Source: the human T2T-CHM13v2.0 reference genome, Homo sapiens. Taken from it: 64,000 bases of DNA. The stretch lies in NCBI RefSeq assembly GCF_009914755.1, contig NC_060935.1, one strand, 5' to 3'. Under the pieces are notes generated by a model. That model saw nothing but the letters and a program-made list of their open reading frames with translations, ran no database searches and had not been told where the DNA came from. Below, piece after piece: positions 37,373 through 53,188 of this stretch (within the stretch, counting starts at the first letter, position 1; each line of letters starts with the position of its first letter). A program made the translations under genes and the position numbers.

Positions 37373-38130
37373 GGTGATGGTTAATACTGAGTGGCAACTT
37401 GATTGGATTAAAGGATGCAAAGTCTTGATCCTGAGTGTGTCTGTGAGGGTGTTGCCAAAGGAGATTAACATTTGAGTCAGTGGGCTGGGGAAGGCAGACC
37501 TACCTTTAATCTGGTGTGCACAATCTAATCAGCTGCCAGAGAATATGAACAGGCAGAAAAATGTGAAAAGGTGAGACTGGCCTAGACTCCAAGACTATAT
37601 ATTTCTCCCATGCTGGATGCTTCCTGCCCTCAAACTTCAGACTCCAGGTTCTTCAGCTTTGAGAATCGGACTGGCTCTACTTGCTACCCAAGCTTGCAGA
37701 CAGCTTGTGATTGTGTAAGTTAATACTTAATAAACTCCCATATATATGTATATGCCAAATATTTCATACTTTTTTATTAGTTGATAGTCATTGTGTTGTT
37801 TCTGGCTTGTTTTTATTGCTTATTTTACGTATATGTATTTATATATATTTTTTACATTATATATAATATATATACATTTATATATATATTATATATAATA
37901 TATATTTATATATTATATATAATATATAATATATATAATATATATATATATAATATATATAAATATATATATTATATATAATATATAAATATATATATTA
38001 TATTTATATATTTATTTTATTTATATTTATATTTATATAGAATATATAAAATATATATATTTATATATATTTATATATGTATCTCTCTCTCCTATTAGTT
38101 CTGTCCCTGTAGGGAACCCTGACTAATACA
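37373..38130 (+). mobile_element. MLT2A (HERV-L) solo LTR with expanded internal (TA)n
   Basis: gtgatggttaatactgagtggcaacttgattggatt...aaccctgactaataca; perfect 5-bp TSD gaggc at 37368-37372 and 38131-38135. Confidence 0.93.
37827..38082. repeat. (TA)n-rich microsatellite
   Basis: About 250 bp of interrupted TA repeats inside the MLT2A. Confidence 0.92.
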
Positions 38131-38869
38131 GAGGCCAACCTATATGAAACACACCATCATTTATTGAGTGCTCTGTGGTTGCTAGCCATGGGTTCCTGCA
38201 CTTTCCATTGTGGTTCCCCAACTTTCTGCCCACGCATTGTAAATAGGCTTTTAAAAATAAACATCCATTGAATTGTTCTAAAGTGAATGCACCATTTCTT
38301 CCTACTGGGGCCTTGACTGATGGGGGCAGAATGATAATAGCAGCTACCTCACATTCCTGATTTGAGAATTAAATGTTTTCATTTATGCTTTGTGTTAAAA
38401 CAGTGCCTGGCACATAGTAAGTTTTTATTAAATGTGATTATTATTAGCATTGTCCCTCATCACTTTCTTATTTTGCCTTTTACTCTGTAGATTAAGTGGA
38501 GAGCATATTGTTTCTTAATACTCCCTGCACCTTATCACTGCCATACAGTAAGACGCGATTTTGGCTGCCAGGAGACCACCCCCCTTTCTTTTTCTGCTCA
38601 TCTTTTACACTCCACTTAGACATTTTCTTTGCTGACAAGCTTTTTTCGTTGCCAGTTAACATTGTGTCTTCATTTGAGTCCCCACAACCCTTCCTACCCT
38701 CTCTCTGTGTGGTTTCTACAATCCATTTATTCTGAGATTTATGTGTGTCTATATATACCATTTCCTCTACCACTCTGTTAGCTCTTTTAAGGCAGAGATT
38801 CAATCCTATTTACTTTTTCTTCTTTTTCAATACTTTGCCCTTAATCAGCCAAAGAAAATTTAATACCAG

Positions 38870-39290
38870 CCTCCCACAATCTGTTCTTCCCATAGCAGCC
38901 AGAATGATCTTTTGAAAACATAATTGAGATCATGATGCTCCCCTGCTAAAATCCTCCAGGGACTTTCTTCTGCACTTGGAATAAAATCCACCCCTCCCAC
39001 TGATGTTTACAAAGTCAAATCATCTTCCCCTACCTGCGTCATCAACCTATCTAGAGATTCCTTGAATATACTTATCTTGTTTCTGCTTCAGAGCCTTTGA
39101 CTATCTGTCCCCTCTCCCTAGAATAATATTTTTTCATATTCCTGCAGGACGGGCTCGTTCACACCACGCAGCCCTCAGTTTTTATGTCACCTCTTTAGAG
39201 CAGTCTTTGTAATGTCTCCATCTAGTCTAGGGTGACTATTAAGTTACTCCCCATTTCATCACCCTATTTACGTTTTCTACACAGCGCTTC
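38870..39290 (+). mobile_element. L2 LINE relic
   Basis: caatctgttcttcccatagcagccagaatgatctttt...catgatgctcccctgctaaaatcctcc...ggaataaaatcca...cagagcctttg...tgtcacctcttt. Confidence 0.7.
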
Positions 39291-39299
39291 TGTTTGTTT

Positions 39300-40250
<951 letters not shown>

Positions 40251-41712
40251 TTTTCATTGCTTATTTTTCTGTCCCCCTCCATGACAGAAGAGAAGGGGTC
40301 TCATCCATGTCTGTCTCATTCATTGCTGTAAAACCACGTGTGTGGCTCTGTTGCCCATCTGCCCATGAGCTTCTCCCACTCCTGCTGATAACAGACTATC
40401 CTCCTCACCCTGCACTCTCACAGGAGCCCACCAGGCTTGAGTTGCCAGAGCCCATGCTCCCCACCACAAAGAAAAAGGGGTTCTTGGGCCAAGAGAAGGA
40501 GGCCATGATTTAAGGAGAAGCAAAGGCAAGAAGACACAAAAGGCAGTCAAAGGGAGTGCCAGGTCCCAGCTGCCTGAAGCCTTAGATCCCATCACTTTCC
40601 TTTGACTGAACTTCTCCAGGCTCTTCCCAGGTAAAGGAATCAATAAATGTCTTTGTTCCTCTGACCAGCTTGGCTTGGCTTCCTATTACTTCCCACAGAG
40701 AGAGGTTCTGATGAATACAAATTGGCTCCTACTCACCTAACTGGTCTGGTCACAGTAACAAATAAGATTTGTTGAGGGTTTCCCAGATGACAAAGTATTT
40801 TCACATTCATTGTTTCATTCTACCCTTTTAACAGAGGAATGTGTCACAAACCTAATTTTAAACTCGAGGAAGCCAAAGATTGGAGATGTTGAGTGATGAG
40901 CTTAAGTTCACACAGCTTAAAAGTTGGCAGAGCCAGTCCTCAAAACCAGTTCCCTTGGCTCGTGGTTCTGTGTTCCTTGCCTACTGGGCCACAACCCCTA
41001 CACTGGCCTTGGGAGGAAAAGGTGACATTTGCCCCTGGATGCTTTGGTTGTGCACCAGGTGCCTAGCACAGTGCCCAGAGTGTTTACTAAATAAATGGCT
41101 GAATTAATTTGACGAGGTTAAGGGGTGAAAGCAAGGAGAGATCTCTACAGGTACCTTGGATCCAGTGTCAGGATCTCTGGTTATCTGAGGATCTGAAGCA
41201 GAGTAGAAGAGAATCTGCTGGAACAAGTTACAAAGTGAAAATCAAACACTCAGCACTTAGTAGGGGTCAGATGCAAAGGGAACAACAAAGGGCCATGTCC
41301 TCTGCCTTTCTCTGCTCCTTTCCCTCTTCTCACTACTTGCTCAAATGTCTTTTCATTATAGATTCATCCAAACTAAGGAAAACAGCAGAACTTTGTCAAG
41401 GACCTTTCCTGGGTTCCGACTTATACCTAAGGCAGGCTTTCTAGAGATGTACATCAACATCAGAACACAGGAGAGATCAAGAAGAGAGAATCTGACATTC
41501 GAGTTTCTGTTGTCACCTCTTGCCCTCCTACTCCCTCATCCTGCCACATGCTCCTGGCCCACCCTTTCTTTAATATGCCTCTCTCTCATCTGACCTTGGT
41601 ACTACAGCCATGTGAATTTGTTCAACATACCTCAAACTGGCCGTTTGCCCCTCTGCCTTCTTTTTGTTTCTCAGCCTGTCAAACTCTTATTCATCCTTCA
41701 AAGCCCAACTCA

Positions 41713-42022
<310 letters not shown>

Positions 42023-42289
42023 CATTTGTTGACATTTTCTCTTGAACGTTTCTCTCATGTTATGACTTGAACAAAATCATTAGCAGCACAATCAAGGCAA
42101 GCGAAAGAGATTTTTGGGGCAGAAGTGCTTACAGAATCTCTCTGGTTATGAGTTATTCCTTATAGATGGTACAGAGAGAAGCACTTTTACATTCCTGTTT
42201 TGGTTGCGCTTTTACAGCTTGTATTATGAAGGACATTATATTGATCTTCATTTTTTGACAAATGATGTGGAGGGGAGATATATGCAAAG

Positions 42290-42741
42290 TGATTATATTC
42301 ACTTACTGGGGTGCGGTAAGAAAGTACTACAAAATGGGTGGTTTGAACAATAGAAATTTGTTGTCTCACAGTTTTGGAGACTAGAAGCCCAAGATCAAAA
42401 CATCAGCAAGGCTGGCTCTTTCTGATGGCTGTGAGGGAAGTTCTGTTCCACGCCTCTCCCTTGGCTTGTGGTCTGCTGTCAAGTCTTTGGCATTCCTTGG
42501 CTTGTAGAATCATTACCCTGATCTCTGCCTTTATGTTCACATGATGTTCACTCTGTAGGTCTCCAATTTTTGCCTTTGATGAAGACACTAGTCACATTGG
42601 ATTAGAGCCCAACCTAAGGACCTCATTTTAACTCGATTACCTCTGTAAAGACCCTATCTTCAAATAAAATCATAATGTTAGGTACCATGAGCTGGAAAAT
42701 TTAACATATGATTTTAGGGGGACACAAGGCCACTTATAACG
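42290..42741 (-). mobile_element. MLT1C-like MaLR solo LTR
   Basis: aaagtactacaaaatgggtggtttgaacaatagaaattt.ttgtctcacagttttggagactagaag...cattggattagagccc..gacctcattttaact..attacctctgtaaagaccctat. Confidence 0.85.
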
Positions 42742-43068
42742 GTGACCCTGAGAATTGCTAGCTGAGTGGATGCAGACCCAGAGTTCTAAAGCCAGCCTGG
42801 CAGGAATGACAGGCAATTTTCAGTGAAGTGTGGGCCTCTGCCTTGAGTCCATCCCTTAACCTCAGTACAACTTCATTATGCTACTGGAGCATTTCAGAGG
42901 GACAGATGCTGAGGACACTCCAGAAGACGCAGACAAATATTTATATAACCTGTGCTGTTTTAGGTCCTCCTAGGGCAAATGAACCCAAAATCATGGCAAG
43001 AGAGACACAGGTAGAGAAATGAGGTGAGAGAGAGGCAGAGCAACAGGAAATAAACCTACTTCTAAATA

Positions 43069-43229
43069 AAGGCTGATTTGCCACAAAGGCAATGAAACTT
43101 AAGCTTTCAGAGCTTTTCTTTCTTTTTTTTTTTTAAAGCTCTGTACTTAATTTTGTATGCTTTTGTAAAAGAGGGACCCTCCCCCAAATGGTATAAAATC
43201 CAGGCTACTCAAAACCTGGATCTGCCCTG
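43069..43229. mobile_element. MER53-like hAT MITE
   Basis: ggctgatttgccacaaaggcaatgaaacttaagctttcagagc ... caaaacctggatctgccctg. Confidence 0.5.
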
Positions 43230-46200
43230 CTTCTAAGGAAAATGCTTGGATGTGGCTGAAATGGGACAAAAGAATTTCCCCTCTACTTTATATATTTCTG
43301 AAGCAAAGGCTCACCTGGGCTTGCTTTCTTCAAGTCTTGCCTAAGTAAAATGCCTCAGCTACCATACCCCGCATAAAAGGCAGTGGTTCCTCCTCTTGCC
43401 CTATCTTCGTCCACCTACATGGGATGGACCTCACTTTCCTTCCCCTTCCATGAGTGAGTGGCAGCTTCAGAGTCTTAGCACAGCTGGTTGGTCCTGGCAG
43501 TTATTCCTGAGCCAAGCATGGAGCCAGAGCCCAGGATGGATGCCACCGGAGTCAAAGGAAGTTCTGGAGGAGCTGCCACTTTGCCCAGCTGCTGTCTGAG
43601 GGATGCACTGACACAAGCTGGGTATGGAGAGGGCAAGGTGACAAGCTCATTGGACAGCTAGGCCCCTCCCCTGCTGGCAGCTTTCCCTCAGGCAGCAGGG
43701 GTGCTGAACTGCTGAGAGGGAAATCATCCTTTAGGAAAATACTACTCAGCACACTTAGCAATTTTTGTTTCTTTGGGCTTTGCCCTGATCTTCTCTAGTT
43801 TCTGCCTTTCCCTTTCCCTAACATGACTGCAGAGCTGGATGCCTGCAGAACTGCTCCTGGCCAGGGCTGGCTCTTCATTTGCAGGTAATTAATGGCAGAG
43901 ATGATGATATTTAGTAGTTATGGTTGATTGATCAAAATGTCAACTATCTCATTTCTCAAAAATGTTTTGTGTGTGCTGTATTTTTTTCTCTTAAGCACAC
44001 GGTGTCTATTTCAATTTCTCTCTCTCTTAGATGAGATACATTTGTACCATTTGGGCAGCATAATTGATGTCTTCTGTAATCTATCTCACAAGTCACATCC
44101 CAGAATTTCAAAAGGCCCATCAGGATCAGTATATTTAGTAGTCTGACATTTAGGGGTTGATCGGCAAAGCTGACGTTATCCTATTCTTAAGAGAACTATG
44201 TGACAGGGCTTTAAAAAAATGTCATTACTTCAAATATCTAAATAATTAAATCAGGTGGACATTCAGTGATTGCTTGGTAGTTGGAAGTTATCATGGCTGG
44301 AAAACCCCCACTTCAAATCAACTATATATTTATGAAGTCCAATCAACTCTGAAGGCATGGCCTAAGAGATAATTATCCCTATTTTGCTGATGAAAGCTTT
44401 GAAGCACAAAGACCAAGTGGCTTGCCCAACATTATATTGGTTCATGCATGTAAGTCACAGACCATAAATGAAATCCTTAGTTGGATATCTCTGATCTCAG
44501 GCTAAAAACGAGGGCATGTTACAAAGGCTAGCAATAAAGCATGTAGGAATGTACAAAGAATATGACCAAGGTATGGCCAAAACTCACAGACACCAGAACC
44601 TCAAGGTCATTCAGAATCTACAGTAGTTCCAAGGACTTGTTTAAACTCTTGTTCTCACAACAGTAGAAGTTCAGACTCTCATTCTCTGCCCTTAGTGTTA
44701 TTCACTACTCTCCAGTCTGCCCACTTCTCTGTTTGACCATCTGATTGAAACTCACCCTTTTTTCCTCCCATCAAACTCCATTGTTTGAATAGCACTTTGG
44801 AAATAGGACCTCTTATGAATCCACAGACCAGTCTCTGGAATAATTACACCTTGGTCCTTGGTTCATTTTCAGGTGTGGCTTGAGTGAGGGTGCAGTCATG
44901 TGGTACAAAAGATGGCCACATCATTTAAGTCACAGCTAGAGGCTACTCTTCTCAGCCAAAAATGGTGAGTCCCTTAGAAGGGACATTAGGGAGGGTAGAT
45001 ACCTCTGAGTGACTTTCCACTCTACATAACACACTGACCTGGCCAAAACTGTTTCCCTAGGCAAGTGATCATTTATCATAAGCATGTAGCAAAAGGGCTG
45101 ATTTAATTTATTTTCTGGCTTCTTTTAAGAGAAGGGCAACTGAAGATGGGTTGTGGTTGTGGCAATTTTGGGGATCTTCTTATAAAGCTATGAGAACTTA
45201 GAGTCCAAAGGAAGAAAGAAAGAAGAAAATAAGGTAAGAAAATAGTTAGCAGAGGGCTGATATTTGTGGTATTTCAGCCGTAACATGATATAGTTAATGA
45301 CTAGATATAGGTCCCCAGGACATACAATTATTCACCATGAGGCGTCAAGCAAGAGAGTTCATGGCTCAAAGTCTGGTTTGTTTCTATAAACGGGAGATGA
45401 TAATAGCATGTGCCACCTACCTGCCTCTCCTGGGGTGTCTGAGGACAAGTTAACATTTGCACTGTGCTTTGAAACTCTGGGATGAAAGGTGTGAAGAAAC
45501 TACAAAGAGGTATTGTACTTGGTGATTTGCATTTGGTCATGAGCCACTTTGGATTCTTGTCTGAGACCAGACCTGGCACATGCAGTGGGAGCATGTAGGG
45601 TTAGGTCAGGAGAGCAGTTGGGGTGCCGTAGGCCATGCCCCTGAAGCAAGGGTCTGTGGGCTGTCACCTTGGGGGAAATCCAACACTGAAGAGAAGGTGC
45701 CTCAACCAGGAGATTTACTTTCTGATAGACTAAAGGGTGCAGGAGCTGTGACTTCTCTTGTTTCTGATTTGCAAAAAAAAAAAAAAAAAAAAAAAAATTC
45801 TCCAGGCAGTAAGATTGTACCTAGTGCAGCAACTCCCTGGTGTCTTGGTAATCAAGGGGATAGCCCCAGGTCGGCCTAATTTTTTGCTCTTGCTCTTCCT
45901 AATTTCTCCTTCTCATCTCCATGACCACTTGCAGTGACTGTCTCTAGGTGGAAGCTGGAGAGATACTTAGGTAAGGTTCCAGCCAGGCAGATAAAAGTTT
46001 CATAAACATCAGCTTTTAAACAATTACCAGTGCCTCTTGCCTCACCTTGTGGGCTGGCCTCCTTTTTCTTAATTTTCCTCTTTTAGGTGGTTCCTGATTT
46101 CCATTTTCATTTACTCCTCTCACCATTTCCATGGTGGTATGTATGACTGGCTATTAGTAAGGGGGGGTGCAGTGCTCAGTGTATGGTTTGCTCTAGGCCC

Positions 46201-47296
46201 TAGAACCTGGCGGGGCATATACCCAGGAGCTGGATATTCCCATGTCTATGGCAAAACCCAGCTGTCTTCATTTTATCCCCTACCTGCTTCTGAATTAGGA
46301 TCCCGTGGCCTTTGTTTGTTTTACCCCCTCACTTTTGCCAGCAAAACCTCGGTTATTTAAAATGCCTGGTGAATTAGGTGATTATAAGTGACATTTAGAG
46401 TTTAAAAGTGGTAGGTTTTAATCCAAGCTTCCCCCTTCCTTATCCCTGGTGTGCTTGAAAAGTGCACTTGACCTCTGAGTCTGAGTTTTCTCACCTGTTA
46501 AAATGAGGTAATAATGCCTATCCCACCTATTCACAGGAGCATTTTGAGAATCCGAGGGTTTAAAGTAAGTGAAAGCACTTTGTAAACTGTGAACCACTAA
46601 GCAAATGTTAGTGATTATGTTGAAGATGGTCATTAGTTTCTGGACCTGTGCAGAGAACATTGTACACAGACGATAAACTGAACAGGATTTAAATTAGCTA
46701 ATTAAGTTGGAGCTTTAAAATGCTTTTAACTAAGTCATTCAGAAGCAGCAGGGCCCACATGCAGACATCTGAACCTCCACGCACATGAAGAGCCATGTGT
46801 GAAGGGCATTTCAGTTCTTGGGCTCTGTCAGCATTGATGACAACAAAGGCATGATGAGCTTAACTTTTATATTGATTCTGTTTGACTCTCTGGTGATGGG
46901 TTTCCATCTCTGGAGATCTGCCACAGGGCATCTGGCATCCCAGGGCATGTGGTTAGAACTATATTCTAAGGGTGATGGGAAGCCATTGGAAGGTTTAAAA
47001 ACAGGAGTAACCTGATCTACTTGCCTATCTCTGAGGCTAGTTTTAGTGCTTTCTCATCAATTCTGTGAACTTCTCAATAGATTTCCAATAATCCTTTTTC
47101 TGCTTACTGGAGTTGGTATCTATTGTTTGCTTGCAGTCGACAGTGAAGAGACTGCTTGGTGCGGGGGTTTTCACTGTCAACCAGTGAGAAATGATGATGG
47201 CTTGGATTGAGTATGGTGGTGAAGATGGAAAGAAGTAAATGGAATGGATTTAAGATGGTGTTGGAGGAATAGGCACTAGAATTTCCTGGTGGTTCG

Positions 47297-47702
47297 TATA
47301 TTAGTCAGCTAGGGCTGCCATAACAAAGTACCACAGATGGGGTGGCTTAAACAACAGAAATTTATTTTGTCACATTTCTGGAAACTAGAAGTCTAAGATT
47401 AAGGTGTTGGCAGGGTTGGTCTCTTCTAAGGCCTGTCTCCTTGGCTTCTAGATGGCCATCTTACTCTGGTGTCTTTGCATGGTCTTCCTGCTATGAGTGC
47501 ACATGTCCGTGTTCAGATTTCCTCTTTCTCATCCTTCTTATAAAGACACATATCATATTGGATTAGGGCCCAATCTAATGACCTCATTGTAACCTAAGTA
47601 TCTCTTTAAGACCTTATTGTCAAATATCATAATATTCTGAGGTAACTGGAGTTTAGGACTTCAACATATGAATTTCAAGGGGATATAATTCAGCCCATAA
47701 CA
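47297..47702 (-). mobile_element. MLT1A/B-like MaLR solo LTR
   Basis: tattagtcagctagggctgccataacaaagtaccacaga.ggggtggcttaaacaacagaaattta...aggacttcaacatatgaattt..ggggatataattcagcccataaca. Confidence 0.88.
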
Positions 47703-48574
47703 TGTGGTAAGAGGGAAAGAGAAATCAAAGAAACTTTGATAATTGGTTTGAAAACATTTGTTCATGTTTGTGTAAGCCCAGAAACAGTCTGGAAGGAAAG
47801 GCACTAAACTTTTATCGGAGCTGATCCAAGAAGTTGCCAGGAGTCATGGTGAGGGCAGGGGCTTCCTTTCATATTTTATACCCCCAAATATAATTTTTGT
47901 TGTACTTACTTCATATTTTGTATACAAAAACAGTGATTTCATTATGGATACTTATTTTTTATCTTCTGATATTGTAAATAGAATATAAAAAATGCTTTAA
48001 AAAGAAACTGGAAAATGTGGGGAGGTATTCAATTAAAGACAGAATTAGATTAATGGAAAATGTTTGGGTCCATTTAAAAGTCGAAGGAAAAAGTAGACTT
48101 TGTTGACTAAATTCAAAAAATGTTAATATTTTGAAGGGAAAAATGGGATGGAGAACATGGGGAGATTTTTATTGTGGAAATCGTCAAACCTTCCACTTTG
48201 GAGGAGAAGTTTTCACAGCCAAGTAGCAGAGCACTGTGTCTTCTTTGATAGCATTAATTACATCCTTTGGGGTCCACAGCTATCTAGAATTGAGACCAGC
48301 AGCTAGTAGGAGTTTACCTATATGGAATGAGGTGTCCCCGAGAGAGCTTGTGAGTGGGCTGTCCAATCTTGCTCCCTCTCTCTGGCAATTTGGCCTTGGG
48401 GAGGGGAGGGGAAATAGGCTTCCGCTGGTGGGAGCAAGTGGGGAGCACTACTTACCGAGGGCTGTGGAAAATGGTCAAGCTGCCAAACCAAGTGACCAAA
48501 CAGCCAAGGTAGGCACAAGTGGCAGGATGAACAAGAGGCAGCTCAGGACCCTGAAGCAGGCCCGAAGCTGGTGA

Positions 48575-48918
<344 letters not shown>

Positions 48919-49053
48919 AGTGAAGACTTCTTGAGAGGAATGGACATCCTTTCTACTTCCCAGGGCGTCCCCTGAGACCCAGAGGCCCATGTTTTAAGGA
49001 AATAAAGACATAAGTCTGGTGGACTCTATTGAAGATTCACCCATCCATCTATC

Positions 49054-49578
49054 TGTAAGCAGACAGGGAGGATCTCCAGGGACTATAGGAATTTAATCAA
49101 CTTGAGCAATCAGCCTGTTTTACAGCATCTTGTCTTGAAGCCTGTTTTGTCCCAAACCCTATGTGGAATGTGGTCACCCAGTTGGTTGACACCAGCTCCT
49201 GACAGACCCTGGCAAATTATAAATGAACCTGAGTGAACTTTCCTCATTACTATGCTAGAGTCCACCCCCCCACCAACCCCCTCAGGGGAGCTATAGCCTC
49301 ATTACCATAACATGTGACCTATGTGCTGGTGTGATGACTCATTGCATCTGCACCACTGGTGGGACCCTTCCTCTACATGCGCTGACACTTCCTCTCTACT
49401 CTCCATTGCCCCGTAAAACCCTCCTGTCACTTTCCCTCAGGGAGACACTGCCTTGGAGAACACACCAGTGCTCTTCTTTTTTGTGACAAATAATAAAATG
49501 CTTATTGAGAAAAAACCTGTGTTCTCGTGGAGAGTTGTTACTTGCCAGGCAAATGAACCCCATTTTTTTCAGGTAATA
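49054..49578 (+). mobile_element. ERV solo LTR (LTR32-like)
   Basis: tgtaagcagacagggaggatctccagggactataggaatttaatcaacttgagcaatcagcc...aataaa...cctgtgttctcgtggagagt...caggtaata. Family name from recall. Confidence 0.7.
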
Positions 49579-50625
49579 TAGTCAATCATGAATTTAGCAG
49601 TACCAGACCATAAACAAACTCTAACTACACCAACATCATTAATTCAAATTAGCTTTGGGGGAATGCTTGCGAAGAAAAGCATTTTCATGAATTTCCAATA
49701 TGTAGGGTGATGAAAATGAAGCTAGAAGCACGTTACCAACTAGAGGTTCTTTGAGGGTCAGCTTTTAAGGAAAGATGACAATAATTTGTAAGTAGTATAA
49801 AAATGTTTACATGTAAATGGATGCTGCTATGGTTCTTACAATATGTTTCTTCAAGTAAGGTAAAAAATTTGGGCTGAGATTTTGTTTATTGTCCTCATTT
49901 ACTTAGCAAACTTTTCTTCACAGATAGCATGAAGGTAACCTTCATCTCAGACAATGTCTGAAATCGCATATATTTTAAAATAATAGATTTCCTTTTCATA
50001 AGAATTGTTTCTATTAACCCTAGCCCAATAAGAAGAAAGGTATAGCAGTAGGAAGAAAAAAAAATAATGCTTATTCTGGTATACGTAAAAATCATAATCT
50101 AAGTTGTCTGATGTTTCAAATTCTTTCAATTTGTCTTTACCACAGTGGATAAGTCAAAGTTAAGATCTAGAAGTCACTAGAATAAAATTATAAAGTTGAA
50201 AACATGACAGTACAGTTGCAAGGCTTCACTCCAGAAGCTTCATTTGAGTTACCGAGGGCAGTGGTGGTGGGAATCGTGTTCAGAAGGACATCCTTAAAGT
50301 TTCAGATCTTGCTGAAATAAAAATACCAGGCAGAGCTGGTTAACGGGTTAGCGTTCATCCCAGTGGCTCAAGTTCACCCTGATGATTAATTACAGTCTTG
50401 TTCGCCTGGTGTTAATAAGGCTTCCAAGAAGCCAGGCCCCTCCTCCCCACCAAGCTCTGAAATTATTCTTCATTTTCAAGCACTGTGATAATCAACCAGA
50501 AAAAAATAATAGCGGCTCTGGAGACCTGCCCCAACCGGCTCTCTTGCTTGTTCTCTTTGAATCTTTTCTCTGGCCTCTTTACCTCACATGCTTCCCCTAT
50601 GTGCAGTTTCTCTTTAGGCTGTAGA

Positions 50626-50699
<74 letters not shown>
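50626..50699. repeat. (CA)n microsatellite
   Basis: About 37 CA units with one AA interruption. Confidence 0.97.
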
Positions 50700-50702
<3 letters not shown>

Positions 50703-53188
50703 CTCACGTAAACCCCTTCTTAGACTCCCTGAGAGCTTAGCAGAAAACAAGTCCTTGCTTGTGGGGAGCTTAGGAAGGCCAGCCCAGGAAAGCAAGGCTC
50801 CGGTGGCTGCTCGCCACGGGCTTTCTCTTTCGTATCCTGCCAGATGGTTTCCAACCCCCTTTCAGTTCCAGAACGGCCTAAAGCCCAGGGCGGGCAGGCT
50901 GCCTCCCCGGAGTGACATCTGTGTTTCTAGGAAGGCAGTCTTCTGGTTCTCTAAGACACTCTCTACTCTTCCTGCTTTGGCCTAAAAGCCTGCACTGGGG
51001 GAACCTTGCCTTTAGCTGAGGTGATAATCCTCTTTAAAATGCAAATCCCCCTGGGAGAGGGGACAAGTTGTAGCTCATACATCCTTTGCACTAGACAGGG
51101 AGCGAATTTCTGTAACCTGGGAGAGTACCAATTCACTTGGATCCTGTGGGCCCATAATATGGAGGGACTAAACTCTTAGCACAGGGTTGATAGGAATTCC
51201 AGTGATGATTGATGAAATGAATTGAGGTGCCCTGGAGAGAGGCCATGCAGGGTAGATCTGAGACTGTTCTAATACTCCTATGGTGGCTCTGGTCTGCCTA
51301 ACTATTGTAGTATAGTAGCTGTTTTTACTAGACTGTCTTCCTACAGAATAGTAGGCAGAGATTGTGTTTGTCATGACTGTATTCTCAGTGCTGAGCGTGG
51401 TGTGTCTCAAACACAGTAGGCCCTTAAAGACTGTTTGAAGAACAAATGAAGGAATGAATGGTATGTCGGGTGAAGCCTCCTTCATCAAGAACAAATTCTA
51501 ACAACTTCTCAGCATGTTTATCAAACCTGGCCACTCTGGAACAGTGACATTGGCTGTCACCTATGTCCAAACTTGCAGGGATTTCTGAATCTGCCTTTGC
51601 ACAATAGGCACTGGGGCTCTTCACATCCCTCTGGGGGCTGTGCCAGGGCAGCTGCTTTCCCACCCAGCTCACTCCCCAGTTGAGTCTCTGCTTTTTTTTT
51701 TTTTTCCAAACCTTTCCACCTGGCTCAGAGCCAAGGAGGCCTCTAAGTCACACTCAGAATTTCCATGACAGTAAATAGACTAAACGAAGGCCTTTCCAGC
51801 CCCTGAAAGAGGCCTCTTCCAATTCCGCCCTGTCTGGCAGCATTTTTGTTCCCCCCATTTTGATACAGGCCTGTGGAAGGTCAATGACTCCTTTAAAAAT
51901 AAGGAAAACATGGACAAGCGCCCAGTTCCTAACCTGCTGACAGTGCAGTTCTCTGCAGCCAGCCCACAGTTCTCTGCTGAAGCCTTCACAGTGATTTTTC
52001 ACAAAGGTCTGCAATCTATTATGCTACAGTTGACTGCCACATTCAAATGTAAAAACAGATCCTTGGATCAACACCCTATAAAAAGCCAAGAAAAATGTGG
52101 TAGTGTTCTTTTCTGGCCGGAGCCAAGAACTTTCTGAGGGAGGAATCCTTTGCAAGCCAGCAGCTCTGTACCTGTGTGGTTTCACTGTAACTTGATCAAT
52201 TCAGAATCCCGGCAAACTGTAGAGGTTGCAGGCATTAGCCCACCCATTGGGTTGAAAAGGATCTAAAGATGCTGAAGGGACTAATCACTAAATTATTTTC
52301 ACCAACTCAGAGCTCTTGGAAAGATCCCTCGAGGTCTTTAATTTTATCCAGCTTCCTCGCTGTTTTCAGTCTGGCCTAAGTCATTCTGGAAGATGGCACT
52401 TTAAAACCTCTGCTCAAAACATGCTCCCTAGCTAAAATACAGCCACTTTCTTAAAATAAAACAACATGCCTGCAGCCCAGAGATCCTGGCTGAGCCCAAA
52501 CAAAAACAAAGTTTCCTGCCTGGGAAGGAATGTCCAAGGGACATTGCTTACCACTGGCGCATAAAATCCACACAGGAAAAATGTTAGTTAAGAAAGATCA
52601 ATTGGAATGTTTGAAGGTGTGGAAAAAAGATACCCATATTCTCCTTCCTGTCAGCTTGTCACCTTTCTCCTGTTGTCCCCTATCCCCTAAGCGTGTCTTA
52701 AGGCAGTGAGGAGTGCAGTGTCAGGAGTAGTTGGATAACTAGTTTCAAACTGTTTTGCTGGACTGTAACTACTGGTGGTATGCCACACTGACATTAGCCC
52801 CACAAACTCATCCCCTCCCCACAGGACTGCCAAATTGCTGCTCATATTCTGTCTGCTTCATTTGTTCACCTATTGGCAATTACCTTGCTGAGATCATTGT
52901 TTTCCTCTTCTGTATTTTTAGCTCCTTATGAAACTTGTAACAGGATGACTATCTCATATCTAGTCTTTGCTTTTCAGAGTTTAGCAAGCTTTGTTTTGGC
53001 TGAGTGTGTGGAAGTAACTTTCACTGTGCAACAAGATTCCTTTATGCCTGCTTCAGCCAAATATACATTGAGACATTGATTTTTGTTTGTGAACTCATAT
53101 GCTGCCAGGTATATGTTTATCCAGATAAACATACACATAGCACACACATGCACAAATACACACACATACTTCTCCCTAGTTTAATTTT

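Noticed and set aside
50463-50985. 166-aa His/Thr-rich and 110-aa Cys/Val-rich ORFs
   Set aside because: Frames held open by the (CA)n microsatellite.
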